Source of the DNA: Amoeboaphelidium protococcarum X5
Taxonomy: Eukaryota > Fungi > Aphelidiomycota
Direction of reading: 5' to 3'
Assembly (NCBI GenBank): GCA_023515725.1
Contig: JALDTO010000179.1
Span: forward strand, 578,053 to 642,052
DNA length: 64,000 nt
Positions 25,196 through 37,368 of this stretch are shown one piece after another. Every line of letters begins with the position of its first letter. Within the stretch, counting starts at the first letter, position 1. Position numbers and translations under genes: made by a program. The notes under the pieces are model-generated. The model saw only the letters and a list, made by a program, of their open reading frames with translations. It did no database searches and was not told where the DNA came from.

Positions 25196-27795
25196 ATGAT
25201 TGAGAAATTACTTGAACTGTTGGGATCTGAATTGACGCGTTTCATGCGTCCTATAGACTTGTTTGAAGTTTCCCTTACTTAGAAATATATACAGCAATAA
25301 TTACATTAAGATAAGGTGTCTGTCAGAGCCAGTTATTACGTTTACTATGGACCTGCACTCACTGCGTATTTAGTTAAAGATCATGGCTGGCTGCAACTTT
25401 AGACGCACGATGATTACAAGTTCTTTGTAGATGCAAGTATTAAGAATCATCAAGTCTTTAGAAAGTATCTATGTGACAATATATTGAAAGAAGAATATGA
25501 ATTTGAAGAGTGCCCGGGTCTGGTTGACGTTCTATATGAAACTTTTGACATTGATTAGAATTCCATTCCTGAAGGTTACAGAGATGACAGAGATGACAAT
25601 GATGATGATGTTGATGATGGCCGGCAGAATAGGGAGCTAATAACTTTGTTTTAAAATGGATTCTGGAGCTAATACGATGATGGATAGTATAATGAGCTCA
25701 TTATATGTAGACCTCTTGATTATGCTCGCTGTTTGATTTAGCATTTTATGGAATCTATTTATGATGGAGCGGACCCGAATGTCTCTTATAAGGATCTTTC
25801 GTACGGGTTTATTCAGGATGTTTTGTATGAGCATGGTTTGGAAGTAATGGTGGGTGAGTTGATTTAGAGAAATGCTGCAGCTGATATTGAAATTGATGGT
25901 GTAAGAAGGTTTTACATCTCGTTGTCGGCAGCTATTGAAGTTTTTAGTGAATAAGTGTGCCCATTGTATCGCAAAGGTTCACTAAAATAGAAATGCATCG
26001 AAGCAATGCTGAAGTACGCGTCATGGAAAGGACACGACTTGGTTGTTGAATTGTTTGAACCAGACAATTTCAACTCACCTCATAATGAAGACTTGTTCGA
26101 TGGTGAAAGTTCTCTTTCTGCAATTGAGCGGAATGAACTGCCGTTTATGCTAGCCAAGGCAATGGTCAGCCACTCAAATTATGACTATAGTTATGCGCGA
26201 TATCAGATCCTTTAGAATGAACGCTCAGAGTGGTACAGATCTCGTCGTGGTAGAGAGTTGAGCGAAGATGAACGGAACTAGAGATTTGTGAAGGCGCGCA
26301 AGTTTATTGCTCCGCTGCATCCGCGCTTTAAAGATGCTTTGAAGGATGTTACGTATGAAGAGTTTGATCGATAGGCTTGGTAAGTTGACACTGCTGATTT
26401 AATGCAGGTTGAGTCGCGAATAAACGTCATCGTCTCGATTCTTCATCATTATGGTAAGCTATATGCTGGCGATATCTTGTGCGTCTTTTGGGATAATGTG
26501 TCAGTTGTGACGACTCTTAGAGAATTTACGTCACTAATGCCGACGTTATGTATTAGTTCTTTTCTGCTCTGTACAAGTGTTATCAAGAAGAAACAGACAA
26601 ATCTAGTGTTGGCTTGGAATAGTTTGATTTGGACTTGTTTTCAGACGATGATTAGTGCTATGATGTGCTGAGAGAGGTGATTGCTTTAGTCATACAGTTC
26701 TAGGAATTTGATATGGGGAATTTTATCTTGGATCAATTTCATGATGTTTTCTTAAGTTTGATGCCGGAATATGGTTCCTACCTAAGACAGGACTTGATGT
26801 TGGCTGGATCTGTCTATTTTGATGGCAGATGTACTTGTAATTGTATGGATAGTACATGTTTAGTCTTTGGAGATCACGGTAAAGTTGGTGAATTTCTGTT
26901 TGACGGTGCGCATGGTTTTGAATACATTGTTAAATGTCTTGATGCAGAAGTTGCAAAGTACTTGTCACCATGCGTTTTGTGTCAGAGCTTGAAGAAACTC
27001 TAATTACATCTTCCAAAAGAATTAGAGAAAGCTGTTGTATCTGTATTAAGCAATTGCTTTCCACAGCCTGAAAGGATGGCCGCATTTTTACGCGCCATGT
27101 AGCATTATAATTTGCCTGTTGAACTCGCTGTGAATTTGTTGAAAAAGCTTCGTCCAGATGGTATTATTGATATCGCATCATCATGCGGTCTTGAAATTTA
27201 GACTTTGTTTGGTGTAATAGCTGGTAACTCACCCACATAGCCTGATGCATGTGTTTAAGTCAACTCAGCATAGCTCGTCATCTTGGTGAATTAATTTGAA
27301 AAATTAGCATCTGAAGAGTCGTCGTATCCGGACAGTTGGACTCGTTCAATGTATAGAATAAAGCATATATTCACCGTCCTTTGTTAGCAGCTGATCGCTA
27401 TCAGTTAGAAATTTGGCGCAAAATATATGATTACCGCGTCTTTTGGATCTGAACTTCTGGTCAATCCAAATTTTCTCAATTGGGCTTTCGAAAGTGGTTA
27501 GTCGTATGAATTTGGGTTAACTGGACTTGACGATATGACAAGACTGAAATGGCTTTTCATTGCTCTTATTGAGAAATGCTGGATATTATGTCCACAAAGC
27601 TTGCAGCAAATGGTCGATCATATTTGCGAAGATTCGTTGCCTTTTGGCCTCGATACCATGTCTGAATTTTACCGTAGTACAAGGGAGTGGGCAGCTGATG
27701 TTGTAAAGTGTGTCAAGGAAAATGAGAATGTTGACATTTTACTGGATGATAGTATTGACGAACGCAACAACGCTGAATTTGTATTTTATCAATGA
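25196..27795 (+). CDS. Divergent tandem paralog of 22478-25075 with an apparent frameshift near 26415-26520 (possible pseudogene)
   Basis: N-terminus shares DLFE, YYGP and LQL.T..DY.F.D with the upstream gene, and the span is nearly the same (2600 vs 2598 nt). The first frame stops at 26671 while a second frame is open from ~26415 to TGA 27795. Confidence 0.6.
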
Positions 27796-28192
27796 AGATA
27801 TTGAAACTGTTATGACCCAAGTTCATTACCAATTAGTTTTTCGGTTCAATTACTATATAAGCCACCGGGCATATCGGATTATTTCAAACAGTCACAGTCA
27901 TTGCATTTCTATCTAAAGGACGATAGTCAATCAGCTCAAAGTTGAGTAGAAGTAAGTGTAGAGTCCTTGTAAAGTATTACCTCAAAGCGTATCAATCTTT
28001 TAGGATCAAGACATCGTAGAGATTCTAAAAATTTCTGTTCTGCTTAATGTCATTTTGATGTTCACTCAGTTGCTGTTTCTGCAAGTTTCATTCACGAATA
28101 GTACAATTAGGATTAAAATGTCAATTTTCATTACTCACTTCATCTCATCTCATATTCATGCAATGTTGGTCATCGTATCAAAAGTTTGCATC

Positions 28193-28900
28193 TCATAGCA
28201 ATAACATCCAAGCGGTGGACAGAGCCACAAAAGTTATAGACAGGAACGCGCTAATAGAACCAGAAGAACTGTTTACGTCATTACCTTCGGCAGTAGCATT
28301 TCCAGAAGGAGTAGGAGTTACAGTAGTTCCAGTAGTCATGACAGTCTTCACCTTGGTAGAATCGGACATGATGCTTGTAGTCATAATCACAGACGTGAAG
28401 TATGGCGTGGAGGTGATGGACGCGTCTGAAACCGTTTCACTCGCCTCTGAAGTTGACGAGGTGACAGTTTCAGAAGAGCTATTGGTAGAGGAAGAAGCGT
28501 CAGATGAGGTACTAGTTGACGTGGAAGTAGTGGAGCCAGCACTGACAGCAAAACGACCAGAATAGGCATACAAATTCTAACCATTAACTTGTTGCACAGA
28601 GCGAATAGCGTATTCAGACTTTGGTTCAATGAAAGGGAATGTGCATGACACTTGCAGATCACTGACAAAGATTTCTTGATCCTCACACAGCTAACCTACC
28701 ACATCAATGTTCTCTGCAGGACCGCTCACAATCTGAAACTGAATTGTATCAGATGCACCATCCTGCTCTTGATAACGCCAGCTAAGGAACAGATTGTCGC
28801 CCTGAGTTACCGTGTTAGGAGTAGAGATACCATAAACACCAGCCTCAGCCACGCCGAATAAGCCCACAAAAGCAACCAATACAACTTTATAATTCATCAT
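28193..28900 (-). CDS. Secreted Ser/Thr-rich GPI-anchored surface protein (Kre9/Knh1-N-like Ig-type domain)
   Basis: Signal peptide MMNYKVVLVAFVGLFGVAEA, beta domain ending YAYSGRFAV, S/T stalk, hydrophobic C-terminal GPI-type tail. Confidence 0.8.
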
Positions 28901-29269
28901 AGAATAGATATAAGAAAAACAGCAAACCAGTTTATAAATGTATCAGATTTCAGATATTGTACTAGAAAAGAAGAGAGAGTGGACAGACAGTTGAAACAAT
29001 TTTATAACGCAACCGGGTGATGAGATTTGTTTGATGGAATCACTCGGCGACGGACGGCCAAGACTCACGCGTCAAAGATTTGTTTTGATAATTTCATATC
29101 ACCATGTCGTTGTTTTAGTACCATTCAGTACGCAGTCTTACATCGTCAGCATAACATGAGATAGCAGAACGCGACTTGTTTCTCTCTGTGTACACGGCGT
29201 GTATGATATATGGGTCATCTTGAGATTGGCCTCTTTTTGAAATGCTAAAGGAAACACCTCCACTCAGTG

Positions 29270-29553
29270 CCTTCGAGAACGCTTTGTGGTGGACAGAAGA
29301 ATCTTGTGGTATTTTCACTTGTAGGTGCCCAAAATCCTCACATTCTGATATGTGATGAGATCACTAACAATCTGAACATTGCCACGGTTGGCTCTCTGGT
29401 GAAAGTTCTCAAATCAAAGATTGGATTTAATGGACGTGTGTTGGTGGTCAGTCACGACGCGAGATTTTGGATGCTGTCTGCAATGAGATGTGGATTGTCG
29501 CTGATGGTGGTGTCACAAAGTTTCATCCAACATCAACTGCTTCCATCTATGAT
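29270..29553 (+). pseudogene. Degenerate fragment of an ABC-F ATPase C-terminal cassette
   Basis: LCGGQKNLV and DEITNNLN are decayed LSGGQKSRV and DEPTNHLD motifs. There is a 1-nt frameshift after SHDARF relative to the intact copy at 63798-64000, and homology ends at ...ATCTATGAT. Confidence 0.8.
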
Positions 29554-30013
29554 ACTTTGAATGGCCATTGCTCGATATTACTTTTTGTATTACTTAAATA
29601 TTCTACGCTTTTTCACATGACCAGGAATCTTGACTGTTTTAAGGCGTAAATTCAATATTCTGTTAAATCTGATGGCGAAATTTTTGGATTAAACTGATGC
29701 GTTTACCATCTGGCGTTGCTTCTCGTAATCTCCTAATTCAAAAGTTGTTAATTAAGGATAGAATCAACTTGGAGTGAAATATATAGGAATGCCGTTGCTA
29801 GATCGTACAGGCTGTTGTATTTTTACACCCGACACCGTTTTCTAGGGGTTTTGTAACACGAGCCGCGGAGCTGCTGATCAACACATGATCGTAGGGGCAA
29901 AATTTGAAGTGCCCCTAGCCCCTCTGGCTATCAGTTTAAAAGCTCTATACTCCTGTCACTCTTATTCTTCTTCAACAACAACTTTTATATCTCTCTGCAT
30001 TTTAATTATCAAT

Positions 30014-30715
30014 ATGAAGACTGCTTTTACTGTAACTGCTCTGTGTGCTGTCGCTTCTGCTATGCCTAGTTGGATGGAGATGCTGGTGTTCAAGACTGAG
30101 CTGGGTCTGGATCGTCCTTTGTCTTCTGCTGGTGTCGCTGCTGCTGCCAAGGATGAACTGCCTATGCCTAAGCAGTACCATGCAAGCTCCATCTTTTAAA
30201 TCAACAACGCTATCCCAGCTTTATATACCGAAGAATGGATTGATATGTCTGCTCAGAAAGGCAGAATTAATGTCTTGAGCTAGAAATTCAATGCCACCAT
30301 GTTTTATTCTGACAACAAGCTCTACAGCTTCTCATAGAAGAACTCTGATGGTGATGTCGACTGTGTGATTTATGAAGGCGGTAGTTCAGCTCCTCAGAAA
30401 TCGTACAAATTCGAGCGTACTCAGTTCCATGCTGGCAAACTGGTCGACTCTTACAAGCACTCTGAGAACAATGGTGAAGTGACTGATCGTTACTTTGTCG
30501 ATGTCAGCACCAACAATTGGGTCGCAAAAGAATTCACTTCTCGCAATGGCGGTAATAATTTCAAGTCTTCCACTCTCTACTTTTAATTCAGCACTGACAA
30601 GATAGAGAAGAGCGTGTTCAACATCCCTACCAACGTTGAGTGCAAGCCACAGCAATTGCTGACTGCTGACATTCCGGAGGCTATGAAGGAGTACGTCAAG
30701 AGTTTCCGTTTTTGA
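30014..30715 (+). CDS. Secreted 233-aa protein, copy 1 (possible ependymin/LolA-like fold)
   Basis: Signal peptide MKTAFTVTALCAVASA, beta-strand-rich body, SVFNIPTNVEC near the C-terminus; open under table 6. The fold is an inference. Confidence 0.8.
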
Positions 30716-31218
30716 GCTCTATCTGGCTGGTTGATTTAATAAATAATTTTGGAATTTGGGAAGGGAATTAAATATGAGTAATAAGGAATATAAAGAAATG
30801 TTTTGCACTTGTAGCTTTTCACCTTTACTTTTCCAGAAGCAAAGCAAAAGTACTATTGCCAAATGAGACTACAGTGGGAAAAGTCTCTAATCGCTCACCG
30901 CGGACGATCGAGCTAACGTTTATCGCGTCACGGAGAAAGCCTTTTATCCAGTCCTTTGCGTTTAGATTTCAAAAAACTACAGTAATGGTAACTCGTTCTC
31001 ACATCGTGACTATAATTATTCTGAGCATGCTTTAACTGAGTGTTTATAATGCTCTCCTAAGTAGAAGCGCATGTACTCAAACAATTTTCAATTCAGTGGA
31101 AGTCCTCAGGATTGGCTCTCGTAGTTGATTGATCTTTCTTTCCTTCTTCTTTCTTTCGCCCAAATTAATTGAGGTTGGAAAGCATCAACATCATTAACGA
31201 CAGTACTCTGTGATTGAG

Positions 31219-32040
31219 ATGATAAAATTTAGATTATCTTGTATTTTATCGTTAGCTTAGAGGCGATATGCATCTCAGCTGTCATCGAGGAGAAATGCTT
31301 TTGCAGTGCAGCGAACTGTATCTGGTCGACCTTAATAGCAGGATTTGGCTAGTGACATATTGTTCTCCTAGTTCCGCCCACTCCCTGCCATGAGGCCAAG
31401 AAATGCCATCGTTCTCTCTATGGCTAAAAGCTTTCAGTAATAAGTGCCTGCTGCAGTATAGGTTGAAGTTATTCATGGAGACGATGGGCAGCCTGGCAGT
31501 TAGGCAGTCTCTGTCGATGATGACGATGAAGATTAAGTAATGATCGACGCTGCTGATGGACATCATGGCGATGATGCGTTTGTGCAATTGGATGCTGAGG
31601 ATGAGGATAAATTGATGGAAGTATCTATGAATTTACTCGAAAAATTATAATAATCTTCTGATAACCAGCTGGATTTCACGGCGTCAAATAATAATGCAGA
31701 TCAATCGTTGAAGAGATTAGCTCTGGGTGCATCTTCCCTTGCGAACGCTCCATCATGCAAACTGTTATTGGAGAATTACGAGTAGTCCAAGTGGAATGTC
31801 GAAAAACAGAATGGATCATGGCTTTCCGAGTCTCATGACAATGCTGAAGATGGTGAAAGACTGAACTATCAATTTCCGTCAGATTAAAGTGCAGTAGTCT
31901 ACAGGGCTGATAGTGTGCTGAAGAAGAGACGAAAGAAGATGAACAAGCACAAGTACAAGAAGAGGCTCAAGTAAACTCGTGCATAGCGCAGACGTAAGGC
32001 TAGCAAGAAGGAGGACTAGAGTGGAGGAGATTCAGCGTGA
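31219..32040 (+). CDS. COX24: Mitoribosomal protein mS38/Cox24
   Basis: Basic presequence, LFSQFRPL, C-terminal ADSVLKKRRKKMNKHKYKKRLKQTR. Confidence 0.85.
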
Positions 32041-32262
32041 TCATAATCTTCTGTCCCGTAATAGATAATAATTCTTTGATATGCGAGTTAAATTTCGGTT
32101 AACTGATGAAGCGCGTCAATACATGTTGGGATGCGCGCTTTTTAACCAAAGCTGATCAACTGTACACGCTTTTCTATACTTGAAAATTGTGTGTTGTTAT
32201 AATTTCAAGATAAAAGTCCTATGTAAGTGTGAGCAATCGCAATGTCTTATAGTTCTTATAGT

Positions 32263-34031
32263 TCATCTCCATTCTTAATACAACTTTCTCCTGCTAGCAT
32301 ACTACTTTGCAGCCACAGTTCCCACGGCAAGTACCAACATAGTGAGCAGAAGACTAGATTTTGAAAACTCAGGTCCAAGTACATCAAATGCTTTCGATGG
32401 AGTCACAAGAGTTTTGAACATGTCAGTACCATAGGCGACAACTATGGAGGTGGACTCTAAATCAGTAGGACCACACACAATCTTTCGTATACCTTCTAGA
32501 CGCAGGTTGTGACTCAAGTAGTTCTGCGGATTATCCGGAATTAGAGGAGCGTACACGGTCAGACCTTCTTCCTTCTCCTCAGCAGTCAGCAATGACGCCA
32601 ATTTATGAGGACGTCTGGCATTTACAATCAGCTTGGGAAGAGTTATCACCTGGCCGCCATTAGTAGCAACGATGATATCACGCAGAGTAATGCCCGACTT
32701 GGTCTATGTTATACCAAGAGCACTTACAAACTGTTCGAAAACAAAACTCTCGCTCTTCACATGGGGCAATGGTGCAGAATATGGAGAGAATTGCCCACTT
32801 TCTAACATTTTAACGTCCACCTTGTCCGATTCATACAGCTCCAACACGTTGATCAGTGTCATACAATTCTAATTGCCCACATTGCCAGCATACGAGTAGA
32901 CAATCCAATTCTCAGACAATGCAACATGCACAGAGTTACCGAGTGGTACAAAGTTGTCATGTACGGCCTGGTAAAGCAAGCGTCCGGATACACCATCCAT
33001 AATGTCCACACTCAACCTCTGCTTTTTGTCGTGAGATAACACAGCAACAATATTTGGGTTCAAATACTTGTACAACACGCTGCGATTACCCAGAACTAAC
33101 CCAATAGACGAGATTGCTTCATCATACTTACGCGTCGTCACTTGAGCAACAACACTTTCTGACGGAAGTTGATACTTCCAAGAGTTTACCAAGTCCTTAT
33201 TACCTTCAATTCGCACTCCATATAAAGTGCTACTCTGATTTTGCAGGTAAAAAGTGTTAACAGGAACAGACTATGGAGCCTCTATTCCAACAACTTCCAC
33301 TTTGCCATCTTCAGTGATAATTCTTAATCCGTCCTAAGAGCATACAACTTTGTTAACATTCAGATTAAAGCTTCGTTAATCAAACATCTCCCCACTCACA
33401 TAGTCAATAATACTAGTAAATGCCTCTTTATCAGATCCCTTCATGACAATTCGAACCCGGTGACGACTGCTTTCATTGTCCTACAGCGGACATATCCAAG
33501 CATCTTTAATGGACGTGGGGAACATTTAGACCACCCACTGGACATTAGAAGTCTCAGAGTGAACACCGCGAACTTTGCCACTATTCGACACAGCAATAAT
33601 CATTTGATGAAGTCCAAATCTATCACCACTAGTACCACTGTCGACTTGCTTAGGAGACGTGCTGTTCGCGTTTAGCTTTCCGGTGCCAATCAGCTGTGGA
33701 CTAATCATCAATTGATCCCAATGAAACTTCCATCTCTGTACAATATTCTCGATCAAACCAACACCTGGCTCAGCTTAATAATGCCTCTCCAAGTATGCCG
33801 GTTTAGGTAGAGGAACCAGCTCGGCAGTTAACTACACTTCATCCTTGCCTCTCTCTCCCTGGACATTGTCATTGAGGAACCTCTGACGCCTACTCACAAT
33901 CACGTACATGAAGAAATTGCATCAACGCTGAATATAATTACGTACCAGTCAATAACACCAACTTGATCTTGGAATATGGCAACTGCCACACCGACAAGGA
34001 GACTTAATATAATGGCTGAGATTACTCTCAT
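32263..34031 (-). CDS. EMC1: ER membrane complex subunit EMC1, short form (570 aa); intron 33890-33945
   Basis: Signal peptide then IFQDQVGVIDWRQ, DRFGLHQMII, VLGNRSVLYKYLNPN, ENWIVYSY, TDLESTSIVVAYGTDMF...PSKAFDVL, one C-terminal TM helix. Confidence 0.92.
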
Positions 34032-34112
34032 AATACGCGCGTCAAAGTCTTTAGTTGTTTTAGTTGAAAGAATTAGAGAGCGAGATTTGTTTTGTTTAAT
34101 CCCAAGATTAAT

Positions 34113-34675
34113 TAGCACTCCCCACGGTCCAGAGCATACCGCCTTTTTGGTCCGGGACCGATCCGTTATTTTTCCATTCGGTCCAGGACCGTGCATATAT
34201 TGAACCGTTGGTTGGGACCGCAGACAGACCGGTTCAAGAGATATATCAGCGCGGCCACTGAATTGATGACTTAACGCGTAAAATTCAATTATAAAGTACC
34301 GTAACTTCGCTTCATTCAATATTGAAAGTTGTTGGTAATAGCTACTAATACGGGTTTGAATGCAACTAGAACGGTTATGAAGAGCTTAATACACTTAAAA
34401 CGAATGACGCCATTGTCGGTTCGTGCTGACGCTCAACACGAGTAGATGATTATCTTGCGCCACGCTGAGAATTTGATAATGAAACAATGGGGGAGCTTTC
34501 AAAATCTTGATTAGCTCTACGAAAGGCTGATATAAAATTGAATTATTGAGCTGGCTTCACTATGAGACCGGTCTCATAGTTCAATGATCGACTCGAGGCC
34601 GGTCTAACTTTTCCCATTGCGGTCCGCGGACCGATTCAGACCGTAAATGATGGTCCCGGACCGAGGGTAGTGCTA
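34113..34675. mobile_element. Non-autonomous DNA transposon/MITE (hAT-like ends)
   Basis: Imperfect terminal inverted repeats: TAGCACTCCCCACGGTCC on the left and, as reverse complement, TAGCACTACCCTCGGTCC on the right. Many subterminal GGACCG/CGGTCC motifs at both ends, AT-rich core. No target-site duplication seen. Confidence 0.75.
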
Positions 34676-34794
34676 GTCACAAAAATGACACATGACCCCA
34701 ACCTATAGTTTCAATTGAAGAAAATACCCATTACAATCGATTGCCATAAAACAAAACTTATCTGCTAAGTAAAGAACTTTGTAGATACAAGATA

Positions 34795-35652
34795 TCACTA
34801 TTCCTCTATGATGGGATCACCGTATTTATTACGCTTGATGTTTTTATCCAAGGTGTCCTACTGTTATAAAGACTTGACTTTACGCGAGCCACTTTTAGCC
34901 TAACCGCCAACTTCTTGATCATTTTCAATTCTCTAAGAGGAAACGCCAAACAAATCATGTAAGCGCTACTTGGACTCTTAATCTTCATCATCATCATCAG
35001 CAGTTTTAAACTAATCTTGCCCATTTTATTGCTATTACGCTTGTCTTCTAATTTCGTCCCATTTACTTCTTCCGCTAGGTTGACTAAAGCTGCTTCTATT
35101 CTATTATGAACGTGTATTGTTGGCACGACTGTAATCATTCTCTTGATCTCTCAGGTCATCTCCGTCACTATATTTGTCAAATTGAGCCATTTCCTAACCA
35201 ATTATATCATATTCACTAGCATTAGTCTCATCCGCAAAACTATCGCCTTCAAAGGTGACACCTCTAAACCGATACGGTACAAACCCACCTTCACGCCGCG
35301 TCTGGTCAACAATCTTCCTAAACTCATACGCAAGACGACTCTGCTCTCGTGGCATATGCAAGAACTTGTCAAGATTCTTGTTGGTTGAGTAGGTAATCGC
35401 GAAACTTGTAGCCACTGTTGGCACTGTAACTAACGTACCGAGTCTTACAAGTGGATTTAACTGCATGAATTTAGGCTGCCTAGTCAGAAATAGTATTGCG
35501 GCGAAACCGGTCAAAGTACCACCAAATCCCCACAATGCAACATTTCTAGCCAACTTTTACAGCTACTCCTTCTCTTCAGTCGACGGCTTGTAACTCTCCA
35601 GCAACTTTCCAACTTTTTCTGCGAATATTCCACCCTTTTAATTTTAGTTCAT
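34795..35652 (-). CDS. Two-TM membrane protein, OCIA-domain-like
   Basis: Open under table 6. PSTEEKEQL precedes two hydrophobic segments; acidic tail with KWDEIRR and C-terminal KRNKYGD, reminiscent of OCIAD1. Confidence 0.5.
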
Positions 35653-35817
35653 TTTATCTAGCTTTACCAGTCAGTTCGGTGATAAAGAAAATGTGACACT
35701 CGATGTAATTATAACGAAATTACAATATTGATGAGAAAAAGAATTTTGCGGCTGAGGAAAATAACGTGTGAAGTAAAACGAAGTTTAAAAAAATACATAC
35801 ATAAATCATCAAGTCAT

Positions 35818-36186
35818 TCATTCTCTAATGTTGGTAGACCGTTGAGCTTCCCTGATCTTGGATAGATACACTTTGAGGGGCTCAACGTAGAATTCAAACC
35901 CAAGAGTCTACATGGCCCAGAGCAGATCTTCTCCGTTGATAGTCTTTCTCTTTTCTTGCACGCAACGATCAGCAGCCTCGCTAGTGACGAACATTATAAA
36001 TTCTGAAACACATTCTGAAACGGTATCTTTTGCATCTTTTGATATCTTTCCTGTCTGAGGCAGTGCCTGTTTCATCAATCTGATGATATTGGCAATAGGC
36101 AACAATCTATCCTGCTCCTTGATCTCCACTTCACCAATATTTGAAAACTCTTCCACCTCATTACTAACTTCTTCTCTTTCCATCAT
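35818..36186 (-). CDS. HAP3: CCAAT-binding factor subunit NF-YB/Hap3
   Basis: [16 protein letters not shown]...[18 protein letters not shown]...[20 protein letters not shown]. Confidence 0.95.
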
Positions 36187-36441
36187 ACTTGACTTGCTAT
36201 CTGTTTGAAGACAAATTAAATTTCAATTGTTAAAATGGAGATAAAAAAAGATGTTTTTAGAGTGATCAATCTGAATTGAAACTGTTCGTCAAACAATGCG
36301 CCTTTGATCATTGATCGCGCTTCTTTAACTAAATCCCACACAGTTTTCCCATCTAATTAGGAATTCAGATCAAGTATAACGACCCAGAGATTCTAATACT
36401 TTCGCGTTAATCAAATCATATTAAATATTATCAAATAGCAT

Positions 36442-37368
36442 ATGGATAGAGTGGAGGCCGAGTAGGAGTGGGAATCGCTGAGTCATAAAAAGTTGGACAT
36501 GACTTAGTTGCTGTAGTGGAGTACTGCTATTTAGTAGCTGGCCCGCGATGACGATCCTGCCTCAAGATAGTAGCAGTAAAGCGGTCAAGAGATTAATCGC
36601 TACCCAACGCCGCGTCCATAGTTAGACACCAAGTGGGTTGAAATACTGATGGGCAAGTCGAGTTTTGTTTAAATGAAAGAGTACTTGGACACGGTGATCG
36701 ATAGCTCCAAGTCTATGAATGGGCGCGTCGACGCGTGTGCTAACCTGCAAGAGATGGCAGAGTCTGTTGACAATGCAAAGAACTTTGTCAAAGCTGGTCT
36801 ACACTTGAAGCTACTTGATTGTCTATAGGAGAGTAATTAAGAATTTCTGGTATATGTCGTTTGGACCTTTGGGTGTCTGTGTAGTAATGAATTTTCCATC
36901 AAGAAAAAGTTTCTGATTGACAACATTCTGCCTCGATTGACAGCTTTGGTTCACTCTTATTAACTACTATAACTTTAATTCGTCGGAGAACTGAAAGATG
37001 AGGAGCTTCCAGTTGTGAAGAAGTACCTGTTCTTTGTGTCCAGTATGCTGAGCAATAATGCAGAAGGCCAAGAGCTGTTTACTCTGAGTGGCGGGAATCA
37101 ATTGCTTTTAAACCTGGTATAAAATTGTCTTTCAATTTGTAATGCAGATAATGCAAAGTCGAAGGTGTTAAAACCACCAGTGGTGAAGGTCATACACATA
37201 TGGACTCTAATGACGCACAGTGACGCGTGTCTGAAGTGGATTGACGAGCATTTGAATGCAGGCTTGCTGAAATCTATTGGAGACTTTAGTGTTGATAATG
37301 ATAATACTATTGCAGAATAGTTACAGACACTGTGCGATAATATGGCGCGTTTCAACGCACAAAAGTGA
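36442..37368 (+). CDS. FES1: Hsp70 nucleotide exchange factor Fes1/HspBP1
   Basis: MTQLLQWS, LDTKWVEILMGKS...MKE, LQEMAESVDNAKNF, ARM-like body. Visible only with TAR=Gln. Confidence 0.8.

Noticed and set aside
29892-29925. TAGGGGCA...TGCCCCTA hairpin upstream of secreted copy 1
   Set aside because: Could be a transposon-end remnant, but no partner end or second copy is visible in the window.
33900-34319. 139-aa ORF extending the EMC1 N-terminus
   Set aside because: The upstream part runs through the MITE. The signal peptide begins at ATG 34031.
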